Shown here: positions 62,221 to 64,000 of the stretch, piece by piece
Position numbering within the stretch: the first letter of the stretch is position 1
Layout: each line of letters opens with the position of its first letter
Source of the DNA: Escherichia phage phiWec188
Length of the DNA stretch: 64,000 bases
Strand: one strand, 5' to 3'
Sequence record: LC739537.1
Translations under genes and position numbers: made by a program
The notes under the pieces: generated by a model
Told to the model about the DNA's origin: nothing
The model's database searches: none
The model's input: the letters and a program-made list of their open reading frames with translations, nothing else

Positions 62221-62780
62221 ATGGGGAAGTCATTGCCAATGCGATCCACTATTACGGACGCTACGCACAAATGATTCAAGTACCTTACCTGGTAGATGCA
62301 GATATTCTTGCATACACACTACCAGAAGGTAAAGAGGATCGCCCTTTGGGGCATCCTAATGGGAGATTCTATGTTGCCAGCGCAGAACAATCCTTCCTCC
62401 AGATGGAGAAAGATGGTTTTGAGTTTGTAGCAGAACACCCTTATATGGCATTGACCCCATGTTATCGCACAGAAGATGTTCTTGATGAAAGTCATTTTAA
62501 CATCTTTCTGAAACTGGAATTGATTGAGTTTTATCCGAAACATGGACCTATAGCATATGCAAAGGATATGTGTAATTTTCTTTGGACCTATTATAGTCTG
62601 GAAACACGTATAGTAAAAACTGAAATAGGGTTTGACGTGGAAGACAAATATGGGTTAGAATTAGGGTCATTCGGAATGAGGAATTCTCCGAAAGGTCATC
62701 CGTATATGTATGCCACAGGCATAGCAGAACCACGAGCATCTATTGCTCTTAACCACAGAGAGGGGTTTATTTATGAATAA
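62217..62780 (+). CDS. hypothetical protein
   Basis: 187 aa ORF; ATGA overlap with upstream gene. Confidence 0.5.
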   Translation: MNGEVIANAIHYYGRYAQMIQVPYLVDADILAYTLPEGKEDRPLGHPNGRFYVASAEQSFLQMEKDGFEFVAEHPYMALTPCYRTEDVLDESHFNIFLKLELIEFYPKHGPIAYAKDMCNFLWTYYSLETRIVKTEIGFDVEDKYGLELGSFGMRNSPKGHPYMYATGIAEPRASIALNHREGFIYE

Positions 62781-64000
62781 GTCGATGGAAGAATTGGTTA
62801 AATATTATGTCCACACAGAAGACCTGACAGATGCAGAGTTTACCAAGATCTATGATCTTTGCGAGCAGATTCAGCAAGGTCCGTGGGACAACGAAGAAGA
62901 TTTTCGTAATGATGTAGGCGCAGAGACAGGGTTTTTGTTCTTTGATCCGTCTAATGGTATTGATGCTACACACTCCGAGGATTATCTGCCAGCAGGTGTT
63001 TCTTCTGTTACCACTACCGAACATTTTATTGATCTGCTTTTGGAGACAGCCTGGTGTGATTCGAAGCCTATCTACTACTGCATGAAGGATACGCTTCGTA
63101 TGGCAGCAAGTCGCCTGTATGACGGGAACTCCCGCTTATATACGGCTGTAGCCGAACTTTACGGTAATGGTTGGACTGCCGATCAACTCCAAAAAGCTTG
63201 GGAAGAAGGACGTGGTGGGCGTGACGTTGTTATTTTCTCTGAAGTTTTAGGGGTGGATTCTATCGCCTATGAAAATATTCCACGCTTAGGGACAAAACCA
63301 GAAATCATTGATGGAGAAGAAATGTTAGATCTTATTTTAGCTAAAGTGGCAGGGCGATCTATTCACGAAGTGTGCGTACCTACCAGAAAGATCTCCACAA
63401 GTCAAGTGGAGTCTCTTTTAAAGATTTTCAGCTTAGTTACTGGTGAAGGATATTGGAAAGATGCTGAACACTTCCTATCTTACAGTCGTGGTCTGTCCGA
63501 ACACTACTCTTTTTATAGTTCTAAGTCGGGGATTGATGGTCACAACTCTCCACAAGGATCAAAAGTAGGTGTTGACGAATTTATCGAGATGTTTTTGAAA
63601 CATTTAGGTATTGACAATACCGAGAAATCATTGGAAGATATCATTGCTGACTTAACAAAAGAAGGAGAAGAAGTGGAAGAGAATACTTTTGAAGTTGAAG
63701 AATATGTGGAAGAATACCTTCCGAACCCTGGGTTCCCTCCAGAGGGTAATCCTTACGTGAAGATCGTCTGCCGTAACGGGCAAACTTTCACAGGCCCAGC
63801 CGACGACATGGGTTGGAGAGTCGATGAGAACCATCCTGATAATTGGGATCTGGTGAAATACATGATTGTTCCGCGTGTAGCTAAAGTGGGGGCTGTTCGA
63901 GATGATGTGGTTGCTCCGGTATATGCACCTAAACCACGTTATCGCAAGACTCGCCAAAAACCTCCTGTAGGCAAGAAGCCAGTTGTGCGTATTCTCTACA
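62773..64000 (+). CDS. hypothetical protein, 3' end lies outside window
   Basis: ATG 62773 begins an ORF that stays open to the window end (over 400 codons). Confidence 0.55.
   Translation, partial: MNKSMEELVKYYVHTEDLTDAEFTKIYDLCEQIQQGPWDNEEDFRNDVGAETGFLFFDPSNGIDATHSEDYLPAGVSSVTTTEHFIDLLLETAWCDSKPIYYCMKDTLRMAASRLYDGNSRLYTAVAELYGNGWTADQLQKAWEEGRGGRDVVIFSEVLGVDSIAYENIPRLGTKPEIIDGEEMLDLILAKVAGRSIHEVCVPTRKISTSQVESLLKIFSLVTGEGYWKDAEHFLSYSRGLSEHYSFYSSKSGIDGHNSPQGSKVGVDEFIEMFLKHLGIDNTEKSLEDIIADLTKEGEEVEENTFEVEEYVEEYLPNPGFPPEGNPYVKIVCRNGQTFTGPADDMGWRVDENHPDNWDLVKYMIVPRVAKVGAVRDDVVAPVYAPKPRYRKTRQKPPVGKKPVVRILY

Overview
The window reads as a compact, gene-dense stretch of a large virulent dsDNA phage of an enterobacterial-type host, not host chromosome: genes are tightly packed with frequent ATGA stop/start overlaps, GC is moderate, and there are many tiny ORFs. 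Layout: (i) 1-14.8 kb, rightward block with dTDP-rhamnose genes (RmlA C-terminus, RmlC, RmlD-like), NrdC-like glutaredoxin, T4 e-type lysozyme, PhoH, an HslV-like peptidase, two putative DNA methyltransferases, a lambda-type Ser/Thr phosphatase and a Sir2-family protein; (ii) 14.9-35.6 kb, leftward block of about 60 small genes including a nine-member paralogous family and a serine recombinase; (iii) 35.6-37.05 kb, ORF-free repeat-rich region; (iv) 37.05-48.2 kb, leftward array of about 35 tiny genes, most preceded by the same promoter plus GC-rich hairpin cassette (24 copies); (v) 48.6-49.5 kb, second non-coding region with a consensus promoter, a GC-rich structured segment and palindromic/direct repeats; (vi) 49.5-54.6 kb, leftward block with NADAR and AAA+ ATPase genes; (vii) 54.7-64 kb, rightward block with a DUF4326 protein and a UvrD-like helicase. 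The most unusual features are the repeated promoter-hairpin cassette array, the nine-copy paralog family, and the cluster of NAD/ADP-ribose-related and DNA-modification genes. All coordinates and calls come from reading the sequence and ORF track; no database search was possible, so product names rest on remembered motifs and starts are approximate (the track treats GTG/TTG as M).
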